Source: Chrysomallon squamiferum (Eukaryota; Animalia; Mollusca). From it: a stretch of DNA of 64,000 bases. The stretch covers positions 8,122,001-8,186,000 of the forward strand of contig CM022672.1 of assembly GCA_012295275.1 (NCBI GenBank). The letters run 5' to 3'. Position numbers and translations under genes: made by a program. Positions within the stretch are counted from its first letter, which is position 1, and each line of letters begins with the position of its first letter. Below the pieces are notes generated by a model. It had not been told where the DNA came from and made no database searches. It worked only from the letters and a program-made list of their open reading frames with translations. Below, piece by piece: positions 26,606 to 41,901 of this stretch.

Positions 26606-27475
26606 AACAAATAAATAATAACACAACTATGGTAATGTAAAAACTATTAACGTCATACAGTGATATACAGCCCCAGAACAAAACTTTTATATCCCGAAAT
26701 AAAACGGAATTAAAGCAAACATAAACGATTTTTATTAATTTTAATCATCCTAGAACTTGTTTCTTTATATAAAAGAGAACAAAAAAAAAAATAATAATAA
26801 TAATAAAAAAAAAAAAAAAAAAAAATTAACAGTCTCAGAGATTTATCTGTGTTTTTATAAGCTAAGAACACAAAACTGAAAATGAAGTAATTACAATCGT
26901 CAAGTCTGTCAAAACATCGAACTGAAAAAATCATGTTCTTGCTGAACTTTGCGGTGTTTGCTCGGATACCATAAACGTCAAATGTAGACCAGTGAAACAA
27001 GAGCATATCTACAAGCAAATCTGTTATATCTACAGCATGGTCCAGTGGAAATAATTATATTTCTATGACAATTCTATTTACATCGCTTTTTATTTTTATT
27101 TTTTTGTCTTCATTCCAAGATTACATGGTAATGGCATATTGATTCATTTTCCCCATACGTACTTTACAGGCGAGTTGCTAGCACGTGCGAATATGCTAAT
27201 TATACACTTAACTAGATGTACTTGTAGAATATGAGCAACTATTTATCGATCTAGAAGATATTCTTATTACTTGCCGGCAATAAATTACTAACGTTGGCCT
27301 GCTTGTCTCACAATTAGGACAGGCACAGTAATTTTCTCGCGTCCAGTTTTAATTAAATGAATAAAAAATATATTTTGTATTTGCTAGTATCGCAGTCTGC
27401 ACGTAGCACTCTTAAAACCCATCAAACTACATCCATACCTCCGCCTCAAAAAAAAAAAATATATATCAGATAAAG

Positions 27476-27517
<42 letters not shown>

Positions 27518-27561
27518 TATATATCGAGTAAGAGAAGGACTGAATGAGTGATACATACCAC

Positions 27562-27563
<2 letters not shown>

Positions 27564-27615
<52 letters not shown>
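27564..27615. repeat. (GA)n microsatellite
   Basis: Directly visible. Confidence 0.98.
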
Positions 27616-27618
<3 letters not shown>

Positions 27619-28131
27619 CCCCCAAAGTCATTAAGATATATCAGTAATTATATACTGTCATATTACTGTTACAACTACTGTAACATTTATAATGCTAGAA
27701 ATCTTGGAATGTTGTTATTCTGTCAAAGATTTCACGAGACTGAAACACAGGTAACTGATCGCAGTAAACAATGTTAATTATTAACAGTTAACTGTTCACT
27801 GGTTATTAACCTTTGATACTAAATTATTCCCTTTTATAGTCTACAACACGACTGTATGAGAGACATTGCCCTATAGTAAACATCACAGAAATTAGTTCTA
27901 AACAAATATAAAGAAATAAAAAAACAAAAACAAACAATTAAAATAATAATAATAATGAATTAAAAAAAAAAAAAAAAAAAAACATCCCTTGCAAACAAAA
28001 CATAGGCAGTGGAATGAAGAACAACGCGAAACAACAAAAGAAAAAACAACCATGACTACCAAACCTCCAGAAGAAAATAAAAATTAAAAATAAATAAGAA
28101 TAATAAAAAAAAAAAAAAATAAAAGAAAGAA

Positions 28132-28164
<33 letters not shown>

Positions 28165-29620
28165 GAAAAGAAAAGAAAAGAAAGAAAATCAATTGTATGT
28201 AATACAGACAAATAAAAGAGAAAAAAAGAAAAATATGTAAATGTACGCTAAAATGCAGCAAGAATTACAGTGTAACAATACAATGTTATACTATGTAATA
28301 CAACACAATACAATATAAAATTATATCGTATAAGTTAAAGCCATAATGACGCGTTATATACATAAATTATAAGTTAAGATGTAATGTGATATTATCCATC
28401 AATCACGTAATGCAATAGTTATTATCCTTCGCAAATAAATAAATAAATAAATAAATCAAAATATCGTCTGCGAAAAGTTCTGAAGATGCTAGATCTGTGT
28501 CAGACAGGTTTTCCCGATCCAATCACAACTGAAATGAAATCGTCCGTACTTCTTGCTTATGGTAAGGTCTTAACTGGAAATAGTAGACCACAGTTTGTCA
28601 TTATTTCTCTCAGTAACAAGTTAATGCAAAAATAAAAATAAAATAAAATATAAAAATAAAATAAAATACAATAAAATAAAATAAAATAAAATAAAATATA
28701 TAAATATACTGCTGATAAACACTCGTTCATTGATTTGAGTAAAACGAATCGACCAGTAAATCTAAGCTAACATTTTACTTTAGGACGAATCTGGATTTCT
28801 TAACAGTCCTCATTTCATATTCGCAGACAGACGGATGAATCAGACATTATAATCTGAATTAATAGTTTTGTTTTGTTGTTATTTATTTTATAATTTTTTT
28901 TTTTTTTTTTTTTTTTTTGGTATTTGTAAACTGAACAGTCGGTTATTGCCTGCAGTAAAATTTAATTAACTTTGCCCTGGCGCCGTGAGACTAAAGAAAA
29001 AAACAACAACAACACAATTTTATGGCTGTTTGAATGTAAGTCGTGACTATGTTTTATTACATAACTTATCAGATTGGCTTCTAAAATGAGAGCTGGCATT
29101 TGTTTTATGAAAATATTTCTAAGCATTGGAACAAAATTGTATACTTTGTGAAACACAATTAAAATAATAGAGAAAACATATTTCACACAATACTGTTACA
29201 TAACATTTACGAAATAACCTTTTGGTAAAAAAAAAGAATTAGAAGATGATAATAATGAAACTATTATAACCGATAATTGCATGAAATAAGTGAAAAAACC
29301 CAACTGATTATATTAATATTTTTCATAAAAATAAATTTGTATTACACAGGAAAGAAAAAATCGCTATTAAACTACACAGAAGACTTTTATCGATTAACTA
29401 TAGAAACAGTTAATACAGAGATTTGGCTAGATACGGGAATATAATTATAAAACAGCCTTTGATTGCTGGACGAAGGTTCGAATGGGAAAAGACGCAATGG
29501 TTTCGACGAAGATATCTGTAATCAACAGACGACCTAAAAGCAATTAAAAAATAAAGATATTTAACATCCGCAGGTTATATATGTTTATTCTACTTTTCAT
29601 TTTTGTATTTTTGTATTTTT

Positions 29621-29667
<47 letters not shown>

Positions 29668-30073
29668 TTATTATTATTATTATTTTTTTTTTATTTTTTT
29701 TATTGTTGTCTCCGGCGAACACTCTAACCACTAAACTACAGACAATACTATGTCCATCACAGATAATTTGTTTACACTGACCATTCCTTTCACACGCTGA
29801 TTAAAACACAAATCAAATCTTTTGTCCATTCAGGCCACTCTGTCACTGGACATTGGTCACGTGATCGTCTCGCCAAGCGGAAGTTCCTACAAAATTACAC
29901 ATATTTGGTCCACACTGCAAATTTTCATTACAGGGTACGCACTGTAATGTGACGATTTCCCCTTCTCTTCGAAATAAGCTCTGATTTCGTTGAATATTCA
30001 TGATATGTAAATTAAGTAAGGCAGTAGGCCTCGTACCGTTTTATAACCAAAAACAGAAGTTGAAGAAGGCACA

Positions 30074-30076
<3 letters not shown>

Positions 30077-30150
<74 letters not shown>
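30077..30150. repeat. (GA)n microsatellite
   Basis: Directly visible. Confidence 0.98.
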
Positions 30151-30153
<3 letters not shown>

Positions 30154-30444
30154 ATAAGAAAATTCTGATGAATATTTTTAACGGAGATACAATATAACTT
30201 CCTGTTTGTTATAAAGAAGACGTTACAAAGAAATAAACAGAGAAACGGACAAATAAAAATTACCAGAGACAGATATCGAAATATGAAATACATTTTGCAA
30301 AGTATCTGAAAGCGAAAATGACAAATAAAGAAAAATACCTAAAAAGAATCTTTTCAGGATAATTATGTAAACCACAAAGTGAGATAGACTGATGTACAGA
30401 TTTGATGAAGAGTCTGAATTTAGAAAAATAACTAATAAATTACA

Positions 30445-30478
<34 letters not shown>

Positions 30479-30949
30479 CTGGATAAAAGATTACAATACA
30501 TTTACTGATCTACAGATTAACAAAATCGTGTTAAAATATCTGACAAAAATTGTTATTAAAAATATGTTGATCATTATCATTACAGCTCGGTCCGGATCTT
30601 GCTCAGCGCTTATTGGCGTTTTCAAAGAAAGGAAATCCTCACAATGGCTAAACTCCCGGGAGCCGTCGACTTGACAGAGAAACAATTAATTCGTAGTTAG
30701 CGAGCGTGTGGCCTACACACAGGTGTACGCGTGTGAGAAATTCAAGTTAATCGCCGGTAATAACGTGAATGAATGAGAACATAATCATTAATTTTCACAT
30801 CATTTTTTTTTTTTTTTTTTCTCCACGCTCAGTGAAGGCTATTTATCTGAGTTTGCTCTTTACTGATATGCTGTGTATTTTCACAATTCTCGTTTAATTT
30901 CCGTTACATGATTGCTTTATCAAAGGCTTTCAGTGTCCTTTCCTGATTG

Positions 30950-30987
<38 letters not shown>

Positions 30988-31020
30988 AAAAGATCCCTTG
31001 TTGCTTATCGAAAAGAGAAA
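30988..31020 (+). mobile_element. Short relic of a dispersed repeat, possibly a SINE core
   Basis: AAAAGATCCCTTGTTGCTTA matches the reverse complement of 52932-52951 at about 16 of 20 positions. From memory it resembles a gastropod SINE segment (AAAGATCCCTTGCTGCTAATCG); unverified. Confidence 0.4.
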
Positions 31021-32424
31021 AACGAAACGAAATGGCACAGGAGTTGATTTTATTAAAAACAACCAAGTGTCTCATAAAAAATACTCGGTAATGTTAAAAT
31101 CATTATATGGTTATTACTTGCATATTCTTTCATTCATTCATTCATTCATTCATTCTTTTCGTATCTCTTCCAATTTTTTTTTTTTTTTTTTTTTTTTCGT
31201 TAATTTATTTTCGTTAACTTATTCCATGTAAAATCTGGAGGCAGAGAAAATGTTTTTAAATGCAGTTTTACAGTATTCACGTGTGCAGCAAACTCCTCTT
31301 TTGGTTTTATTATAATTCCCAGAATACAAATTTCTGTTCCGGTGGATTTGAAAGATTTCAGAAAACAAATGAAAAATTCTTAATTTAGAAAGAACTCTGA
31401 CAAGTTACGTAATATAATATTGTCACGACTTACGACCAAATAGCCAGAAAATTGTTTTATTTTTTTTAATATTTATTTATTTATTTTGTATTCAGTCCGA
31501 TGGAGCTTTAGCGAATTTAATTAAATTTTACTGCGGGTATTAACTGACTGTTCAATTTTCTATCAGATAATAACGAAGCAAGAAATTTTAATTGTATGTA
31601 TACATATATAAATGTCTGTTTTTCTGGAATTTTTAACGAATTGTTTTAAACTTGGTAGTAGTAGAATGGTAAGTAGAAATAGTGAAAGGTGCATATTTAT
31701 ATATGTAATAATAGTACTGCTTGTAGTTGCAGAAGCAATAGTCAGTAGTAATATTAACGGCAGTAACAGTTGTAGTTGAAGCAGCTGTAGTAGTAGGTGC
31801 GGTAATGGTAGTTGAAGTTGTAGCAGTAACAGTACTAGTATACATGTAACAATAATATTATAAGAACTGTAAGTACTAATAAAAGTATTAACTTTGTTGT
31901 TGTGAAATGTTACGGATAAAAGAATAATTACTTCACTTTAAGTAATTTAGAAATTTCGTATAACCTATCTGTTTACCACAAATGTTGAAACCTAAAACCC
32001 CGTGAAACGAAGCTTACAACCGTAATTTTATCTTCTTTTCCTCGGTTTTATTTAGCGAAATTCACAGATTTCATTCACAAAATTCCAATTTATTTATTTA
32101 TTAAGAACGAAACTATATTACTTTTACTGTTCGCCGTGGCAACAGTTATAAAAGAAAGGTTGTAGAATGTCAAAGAAAAGAACTTGTTTCGAGGTAATAT
32201 TCGACTGTCACACTGAAAACGTTTATTTTGAATCGATATTTTTCTCTGAGTTCGTAGGATTGTTAGACCAGTCTCGAGAGACAATAAACTGTTTCACAGC
32301 TGCACTCTGAAGAGCGTACTGTAACCTCCAGTCTACAACTGTCACAAAACGCTTTCAATCTTAAAGTTACTTCACACCGAACATCACTTTCTTTAAGTTA
32401 TACCACACAGACTGCTGGCACTGT

Positions 32425-32831
32425 GTCACGTCATAAGAACATTATTATTTCTTCGTCATATTATAAGGAATAGTACTGTCTCCAAGTTACTCCATAAAGA
32501 ATATTACTAAGTTACATCTTTGAGAATGTTACTATGTCTAAGTTAGACCATAAGGAACTTTACTGTTTCTGAGTTACACCAAAAAGAACATTACTAAGTT
32601 ACACCATACTATGTCTTAGTTACACAATAAGGAACATTACTGTCTCCAAGTTACTCCATAAAGAATATTATTAAGTTACACCATAAGGAACTTTACTGTC
32701 TCTACGTTAAATCATAAAGAATATTACTGTCTCTAAGTTACACCAAAGGGAATATTACTAACTCTAAGTTTTATCTATAAAGAATTTACTGTCTCTTAAT
32801 TACATCATAAGAAACAATACTGTCTCCAAGG
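32425..32831. repeat. Minisatellite, 31-bp unit (AAGTTACACCATAAGGAACATTACTGTCTCT) with a recurrent 25-bp deletion variant
   Basis: Spacings of the GTTAC-type anchor from 32486 are 25,31,31,25,21,31,25,31,31,31,31,31. Confidence 0.92.
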
Positions 32832-33224
32832 TAAAAATGTAGACAACAATATACACATTGTGTTGTAGAGGGCATTTCAGTAGATAACTTCTCAGTATAG
32901 AAACAATCAATTAATTGAATCCATATTCTACCATCTTGAACCTGCTTTGATTACTAAATTAAACAGACTTTTGTCTCTTCTCCGCTCTCGTCAAATAAAC
33001 AATATAAAAGTTCTAATAAATGAAGTTTTAGAAAACTGCAGCGTTGCGAAACTTTCTGCCGTAGAATTTCTCCTTTGTTTGGTTGCAGAGTGTCCCCGGA
33101 GTACAATAAAGACTTTATCGAGGAAGAAACATTGAGAGCGAACTAACGTAACGACTGACGTAATGGTCACGTTACAACGTCGGGGACAATCAGATTGAGT
33201 TTTATTGTCTGTGTGTAAGTTATT

Positions 33225-33590
33225 GAGTCTTGTGTGTGTGTCTCTATATTGCTATGTGTCAGTGTTATTTTGTGAGTCCTTACATCTGTTTTATATCAGT
33301 GTATTTGAATTACTGTGTGTTACTGTGTCCGCACATCTCAACTGATGTTACTGTATCCTTTGTAGTTATATAACTGTATGTTACTGTGTCCATGTGACTG
33401 TTTTGTCTGTATATCTGTAATGGTGTTATTATAATCAGATTATTGTGTGTTACTGTATCCGTACATCTGTAATGGGTGCTTCTGTGTTTCTGTATCCGTA
33501 TTTGCGAGCTGGTGTTATTGTGTGTATCTCTTTATCTGTACAGGTGTTAAGGTATCTATGTATTAATTTTTGTCTGTCCATACATCAGTA
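33225..33590. repeat. Degenerate TG-rich minisatellite, ~27-33 bp (GTGTTACTGTGTCCGTACATCTGTAA-like)
   Basis: GTTACTGT / GTTATTGT and (A)TCTGTA recur along the stretch. Confidence 0.65.
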
Positions 33591-33699
33591 TTACTCTGTC
33601 TGAATCTTTTTTGCTGTTAGGAACATTGAAAAAAAATACCCAAATATTACTCTGTCTGAATCTTTTTTGCTGTTAGGAACATTGAAAAAAAATACCCAA
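33589..33699. repeat. Exact tandem duplication, 56-bp period
   Basis: TATTACTCTGTCTGAATCTTTTTTGCTGTTAGGAACATTGAAAAAAAATACCCAA starts at 33589 and again at 33645. Confidence 0.97.
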
Positions 33700-34437
33700 C
33701 CCGTATGATATAGAAAAATTACCTTTCTACTACCAATTTCGTTCTCATTTCTTACGTTATAAGTGAAACTAGCACACAAATAATATTTATTTTCAGAATT
33801 TTCTTACGCGATCAGGAAGCAAATTAAACAAAGAAACGGAATCGAGCGATGTGCTGTCGTAATGGAGGCGCGCGACGCTGCCGTACACGTGTGTCAGTTT
33901 CACGATAACGATGACGTACCAATTTCCTGGCGCGATTTCTTATCAGTCGAGTCAGCTTCTCGTTCCATTAGTCAGTTGTAAACCGCTAGAAGCGGTCATG
34001 ACAGCAGACGTTCGTTTGTGTGATTATAAATAATCAGATTTATTTATTAATTTATGTATGTATGTTTAATCGTAGGTCGATACCTTCTTGTGGCATTGAA
34101 TAAAATCTTTTTATTTTTATTTTTTTTTTTTGATGATTTCTTTTCTTCCGGAAACGTCTCCATGCACAGATAACAAAACAGATCACGTGTCTCTCAAATA
34201 GTACTTCCGGTTTGCTGTTTTTTTTTTTTTTTTTTTTTAAAGCAGCCATTTAATGTTAAACGCTGCACGCTCAAAATATTTCCAAACGAGTTGAAGTGAG
34301 AAGACCTGTTGCGATATAACTGAGTCTGAAAGAAAGAATGAAAAGTAGAATGTTTGGTGGTTTAATGTCACCTGAACAGCCTATTAAAAATTAACTTTGA
34401 TTTATTTATTTATTTATTTGTTTATTTATTTATTATT

Positions 34438-34473
<36 letters not shown>

Positions 34474-34732
34474 TACTGAGTGCAAAAAGACCATCAAGCA
34501 GTCTACGCCAAGCAGACACGCACCAGTGGTCAACACGTGACATTTTTACTTTGTCTTTTGCAGGAAACCGACAGGAAGGAAGCCGACACTTTGTTGTAAT
34601 GTGAGAAAAATAAACACTGTAATGTTGTAAACAATCAGCTAAACCAATCGTTAATGTTACTATAAATGAATAAAATCACAAAGGAGATTGCTCTAGTTAC
34701 CCGTTACAAAGATATGATATCTCTTCAAATCA

Positions 34733-34930
34733 AACATAATAACAATAACAATAACAATAATAATAATAATAACAATAATAATAATAATAATAATAACAAC
34801 AACAACAATAATAATAATAATAATAATAACAACAACAACAATAATAATAGTATTAATAATAATAATAACACAACAACAACGATAAGGATAAGAATAACGA
34901 TAATGATCATGATGGTTATGATGATGATGG
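34733..34930. repeat. Compound (AAT)n/(AAC)n/(GAT)n microsatellite
   Basis: Directly visible; source of the poly-N, poly-I and poly-L ORFs. Confidence 0.95.
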
Positions 34931-35051
34931 TGATTGTAATGTCGATCGTGATGATTAAAAAGAAGCACATACGATAATGAAGATAATGTCATTCAGCTAT
35001 TCGTGTTTACCATCACATCCAACAACGTGTCGTGAAAGGAAGTACGGATTC

Positions 35052-35109
35052 TGACCTTGACCTCTCACTGTAAATTACCTTTACACTGCGAATTAACTAA
35101 CCTTGACCC
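35052..35109 (-). promoter_or_regulatory. DR0 nuclear-receptor element (AGGTCAAGGTCA) plus a second DR0-like site
   Basis: TGACCTTGACCT at 35052-35063 and TAACCTTGACCC at 35098-35109. Confidence 0.4.
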
Positions 35110-35521
35110 CTCAGAGTGAAATGTCATTTCTGGAATCACTTCGTCCACAATCTCCAGAATTACTCGCATGATTCCAGTAATGTGGTTTCCACACGCGAAA
35201 CACGGAACGAGATGGGTTCTATAATAATCACCATTCCCCCTCTTGAACACGAGATTATAATCACCACCCTTGCTACGCCAGATAATTAACCCTTTGAGAA
35301 TTCAGGACATGTATGAAGACTTGGTACACATCTTTATGAGAATCAACACAGAGCGGGGATGTTTTGTGGTAATGTACAGAGCTACTTACGACGATTATTA
35401 CACACAGCTGAATTTACGAGACGGTTCCCTTAAGGTGAAGCGAGAATTGTTATTGCTTGACAAACCGAAAAATTATTTCTGTATAAACCGATTGTTAAGG
35501 AGTTGTTTGTTTTGGGGAAAA

Positions 35522-35564
<43 letters not shown>

Positions 35565-35596
35565 ACGCGTCCAGACTGCAGTTAAGAGAATTATAA

Positions 35597-35626
35597 ATAG
35601 ATAGATAGACAGATAGATAGATAGAT

Positions 35627-35682
<56 letters not shown>

Positions 35683-35725
35683 CAGACAGATAGACAGACA
35701 GATAGACAGATAGATAGACAGATTT
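35597..35725. repeat. (GATA)n/(GACA)n microsatellite
   Basis: Directly visible. Confidence 0.96.
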
Positions 35726-37097
35726 AGATACAGATATAGATATATACACACACACAAATACATAATTCTTTTAACTGTTGTCTAGACAGAAAAATATTGA
35801 ACAAAAAAAGATAAAATTAGATTTTTATATTTAAAATGTGTGTATTTAATAAGTGATAAACCAAATCCTTTCATATGCTTTTCTCTCATTTTTTAAATTT
35901 ATGGCGAGAGTGTTGAAGGATTGGAGATATAGTCGGGGTATTGACTGATGTGCGAATCAGTCCTTTCCAGGTACACACTGCCTGAATTTCCGTCAGTGAA
36001 GTTGCCTAATAAGTCGTTGTTAAAAACAGAGGTATGTGCTGCTGTGATTAGAAAAAGCTGCTTACCGAATTTCTCTAAACATATTGTGTGTTTCTCAAAA
36101 AAAGTTTCAGTATTATTAAACATACATACACATACACATACGAATAAATATAGGATTTATATGCATATACATAAAGATATATATGGATAATATTTTCCTC
36201 CATTACTTCCATCTTTCATTTATTCGTATTTAAATCCTTACATCTTACCTTTGCTTTAATTAGTTTTCTATCTTCATCCTTTCTCTTGATTTCTTCCTTG
36301 TATTTCTTTTTTTTTTTTATTAATATCTTCATAATTTTTTTTTTTTTTTAGTATTATTTTTTTAAATGACTTATAATTATTATTTCGTTTTCTTATTTTT
36401 GTCATTCAGTTTTTTTTTTTTTTTTTTTTTTCTTCTTTTTCATTTCATTTTTATTTTCCATTTCTTTCTTTCTTTTCACATTTTATCTCTTTGTTTCTCT
36501 TGCTGTCTAAAAACCCAAATGAACAGTTAAGTGAAATTTTTCCATCAAGACATTTTCTAGTCCTTTTCTTCTTATTTTTCTTCTTTGTTTCTGTGAGTGA
36601 TAAGCAAGGGTTTCTAGTCCAGCTGGTAATAACACAACGATTTCAGGTCGTCAGATACCAACAAGAAAATTAATTTAACTTTTCCAATAAATATGCACGT
36701 AGTAAGGTTTCTTTCTTCTTTTTTTTTTTCTACTGAAGTTAACACAGAACTTTAATCACTTTCTCTCCACTGCCAACGATCCTATTAGAAGCACCGGAAG
36801 AATGAAATCTGTTCTACATAAAAACACAGTTAAATTGTTAAAATGATGCAGTGATATAATTTGAACTGTGGAAAGTTTCCATCATGGTTATTACACTGCT
36901 TTAAAAATAACTTCTGCATTAATATGTGATATCTGGAGAATTTATTTCGTGATCGAATAATGAAAATTACGCTGTTTATTTTTAACTATAGTTTAAAACG
37001 TGGGAATCGTCTTATTAAAGATTACTTTATTTTTATTAATACAAAGTTATTGTATATAGTTGTAGCATGTTCATTAGTTAATCTGCTTTATTTTAAA

Positions 37098-37229
<132 letters not shown>

Positions 37230-37364
37230 GTAATGGTGTTGGTGGTGAAAGCAATAGTAGTAGCATATCCACAACGATAATGAACGCAGTGACACTTCAG
37301 AAACTGAAAGGTTTTACTTGAATATCAAGAATTTAATTATTTAATTTTTTTTTATTTATTTATT

Positions 37365-37414
<50 letters not shown>

Positions 37415-37914
37415 TTTTTTTAAACTTTTTTTAATTTTTAATTTTTTTTTTTTTTTTTTTTTTTTTTTGACTTCAGAATTTTGATAAATAGAATTTGGAC
37501 AAGAAGACAAAGGGTTAACACGTGCTTGAAAAATGATCACGTGATATCAGGCGTAAAAGAACCGACAATCACGCTATTGCCAGTACGTTTTGTTTAACCG
37601 ACTAAAAAGCAGCAGACAATTTTAGTAATTTGTAACACGATAACCCGGTTTTTGGTGTCACACGAAAACACCTCGTTCCCTGATAACAAAACATTTGCCG
37701 CCGCAGTAGCCGCTGTTCAACAATAACAGCGACGAAATGATCAACACGTGGTGACAGCTCTTAAATTAGCTATTATTTCTGTTACGGAATCTACTATTTC
37801 ACTGTGATATACATAATTTAGTTTATTTTAAAAGGCGAGGTGGTGGTGCACCTGAAAAAAGAAGTGTTATAAAATTTTATCTCAATGTATTAGTTATTAC
37901 TGAAATATAATTTT

Positions 37915-38076
37915 ATATTATTTATTTATTGTTTATTTTATTTATTTGTACTTTTTGTTTGTTTATTTTTTATATTATTATTTATTTATTTATTTTACAT
38001 TATTTTATCGCTTTCTTTTTTCTTTTTTGAAATTTTTTCTTTTTTATTTTCTTTCCTTCTTATCAATGTTTTCTCT

Positions 38077-38117
<41 letters not shown>

Positions 38118-38129
38118 CTCTTTTATCTT

Positions 38130-38203
<74 letters not shown>

Positions 38204-38215
38204 TTTTTTTTTTTT
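37915..38215. repeat. T-rich low-complexity / poly(T) tract
   Basis: Directly visible; source of the poly-F ORF. Confidence 0.95.
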
Positions 38216-38842
38216 CAAATAACTTTTCCCAGTGCATCTGTGGAGAACTCCTCCATTTTTCAAGCGAACTTTAATCCAGACCGACACCGCTACATGTTAG
38301 AAATTCTCAGATTCCATCAGACATCGCCTGCATCTTCTGTGATAATGCAAATGTATTTTGCACTTCCATTCTGATTATCACTTTAACTTTCGTATCTCCC
38401 CATCTCTCAGACTCCTGTCTTTCTCTCTCTTTGTCACTATTTCTGTCGACTCTCTGCAGTTCTTTTACGTGCCTGTTTTTGCTTTCTTTATAACTCTCTG
38501 TCTAATATGTGAGTCTACTGTCTGTATATCTGTGTGTCAGTACACGCGCCAGTATATCTCTGTTTGTTTGTACGATTTCTTATCTGTCTATCAGTTTTAG
38601 AGAAATAGCGAAGCATTGCGATGAATGTGAGACTTTCTTCTTTTTTTTTACGTGCCAGACATTCCACAACGTGTCGATGCTTTCCGGAACATGTCGAGAC
38701 TTCCCGAATCATGCTAAAACAGATGCGTGTTTCCAGTGAGGTGAGGTGTATGTATGTATGTCTGTATGTGCATGTATGTAGTTTAGGATTTTTGAATATT
38801 CTCTGTTGTATGTACGTCTGAACAGACTCTGCACATAGACAA

Positions 38843-38965
38843 TATGTATGTATGTATGTACGTATGTATGTATGTATGTATGTATGTATATGTATATATG
38901 TATGTATGTATGTTTGTATGTATGTATGTATGTATGTATGTATGTATGTATGTATGTATGTATGT
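38843..38965. repeat. (TATG)n microsatellite
   Basis: Directly visible. Confidence 0.96.
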
Positions 38966-41482
38966 TTGTGTGGTTTATGTACGTGTATATGTACGTACGC
39001 ATGAATGTATGAATGTCTGTATCCATCTATCCTTTCGTTCTGTCTATTTATTTATTTTTTTTTTCTGCACTCTTTTCTATCTGTTCCGAAACAAAATTCA
39101 TAATTACGAGTTACTCTGTCATAAACTTAACGTAGCGGATGAAATCTGGTTTTAGTAATAAAACGTGAAGTTTTATTGTTTGACATGGAACAGTTTACCA
39201 CTGAAATGTGAGAACAGATTTTTTTTTTTTTTTTTATTTCATATATTTTCATGGCGATTTTATTACTCTGTTGTTCAAGCGTGGACTGCAGATGAAAACA
39301 TCACGTGAGATGCTGAGGTAGGCCGCCTGCTCTCACACCCATCTTTTGATTCCTTACAACCAAACACTGTATTTAGCAAAACTGAATCAGTTACAGGGGT
39401 GACTCCCTCTTTCTCAGATCGTGGATCCGCCACTGAATGAAGAGAAACTCTTAGTGTGATAATGAAACTGCGCTACATTAAAGAAGACTGATATTATAAA
39501 AAAAAAAAAAAAAAAAAGTAGAAAAAAAAAGTAGAAGTAATAATAATAAAAATAAGTATTAATGTGGCGGTATAATTTAGTTGTACTTGACTTTCTGCCA
39601 TTTTCACATATCTGTTTTTGTTGTTGTTTTTTGTTCTTATCTTTACTTTCGAAGTACAGCTGACGTAAATCAAACATGGAAGAAGGAATGAATAAAAAAA
39701 AAGAGAATGAATTAAAAACGCTCGGTCTATAACTCTCGCTTATCCAAACGTAAAGTCGTGTTCACACGTGTGTGTCCATGCATCTGTTTGACCAGCACAG
39801 CTGTATGATAATAAACAAACTAATTTATCATATTAATTTACTAGCACTGACAACATAAAAGTGTAAAAACAGATTTTCTGTTTAAACTTGTTTCCCTAAG
39901 CACCTGCCGAGTCAGTAAATATAAACGTCGTTATTCAATTAAAACCAAATCAAAGCTTCAAATGACATTATGAATATCTCACTGGATTCATTTTTCACTT
40001 TTTCTACAACAAAAAAATACGGACATTTTCTTCTTTGTGTGTGCAGAACACGCCCAGACTTGATATGCAGTGAATAAATCTTCCTGGGGCAGATCTGATA
40101 AATGTCACAGTGGTGTTCAGACAAACCCGACCACCCAGAAGTATACAGAAATATGTGTGTATGATGTGTGTGAATGTATGTGTGTGTTTGTCAGTGTGTG
40201 AGTGTGAAAGAACAGATAGATAGGTAGATAGACAGGTATATATCTATATATATGTATGTATATTTATGTATATGTATATAACATTAATTAAATAGGCAAA
40301 GTCAAAAAAAAAAAAAAAAAAAAAAGAAACGACAACAACAAAATGCACTGAAAACAATGCAATTAAATAAATAAATAAGAAGAAATACAAAACTGTTTCC
40401 ATCTCACTTCTTCATTTTATGACAGAAGAGCGAGTATTGATACGTTCGACAAACATACACACCCCTCGAGATCTGCGCCTTCTGTATTTCCAGTGGAGTC
40501 TTTTTATATATATATATATCTATACGAACAAAACTGCAAGAATTCGCCGCTATAAAAAGCCGAGTATAGAGATATAAGTTGTTTGTTATTGAAGAAAACA
40601 CAACCAGAATAACAGAGCCGAGAAGCGAAATCTGCGCGCTTCATTGAACTTCGTTTTCAATCAGTCTTGAGTGCGTATCAACTTACTGCGACACGAAGCT
40701 TGTTTTCTCCTCTCACAATAGTCCGTGCGTCCCTCTGTAGTTTATGTACACAAGTAGGTATACAAACAGTTTGTACAGTGATCTGAAATCTGTGCAGTGA
40801 CCGTGTGGATATCGCTGTTTAGTTTATCTCTGGGTTACTATCATCAAATTACGTTCAGTACATGATATAATGACTTGTTTTATGAGGGAACAGCATGTAA
40901 TTTTATCATGATATCTGAATTAAACAGACATTTTCCGAACTAAATAAACTCTTGGGTGTGTAAAATGAAGTGTATGTATATCTATATATATATATATATA
41001 TATATATTCAAGACTATTCACATACGACAACTTTAAATATTAAAAGTCTTCATTAGAACCTGAACAAAAAAGTATCTGTGAAAATTAACAATTTGTTTAT
41101 GAGGTACGTAATGATTCCCTTTTCCATTTCGCTCCCTGAACGCTAATAAAAACAAAGTACGTACATAAACAACAGACATTTTTCCCTTACACAAATAAAT
41201 CTACGATTCCTTTGATGGCTTTTAGTCTGCCCGTTTATCGTGAGTCATAGACACTCCAACAGTGAGCTAACTGTTCATTATAACTTAAAATACAAGTAAT
41301 TTATACTTTAAATATCACTTACGCAAAAGTACAAACTACTTACTGTATGTCTGTCCGAACAGAATGACTGTCTCTGTTCAAACACGTCTACAGCCTAGTT
41401 ATTTCAAGTGAATCGAAACATCAAATTCTCTCGCTCTCAGACTCTCTCTCTCTCTCTCTCTCTCTCTCTTTAGCTCTCTCTT

Positions 41483-41537
<55 letters not shown>

Positions 41538-41778
41538 TACACACACACACACAATATGCAAAACAGAAAAACAGTTAATTTATTTTTTTAAATGAAATTT
41601 CATTTTCTAATCAGTTGAATTTCCGATACTTTTTCATTTTTTGTTATCCCGTATGATTCAGTTTACATTATTTCTTTTTCAATTAACTTTCTCTGCTTCT
41701 TCTTTTCTTCAATATTTTTCCTTTCCCGGTTATATTATTCTTGAAAATGAAAAGAGTTAAAAATTATTATATACGAAC

Positions 41779-41901
41779 ATACATACATACATACATACAA
41801 ACATACATACATACATACATACATACATACATACATACATACATACATACATACATACATACATACATACATACATACATACATACATACATACATACAT
41901 A
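41779..41901. repeat. (ACAT)n microsatellite
   Basis: Directly visible. Confidence 0.97.

Noticed and set aside
34541-34606. Strong plus-strand splice acceptor (TTTTTACTTTGTCTTTTGCAG|G); similar one at ~4590-4610
   Set aside because: No good downstream donor or meaningful frame; acceptor-like strings are common in T-rich DNA.
35270-35524. 84-aa non-repetitive ORF (MLRQIINPL...)
   Set aside because: TTG start, no recognisable family and no convincing splice-site pair; ORFs this long are expected by chance.
39423-39435. GGATCCGCCACTG, resembling a MITE terminal inverted repeat
   Set aside because: I found no partner end (CAGTGGCGGATCC) in the window.
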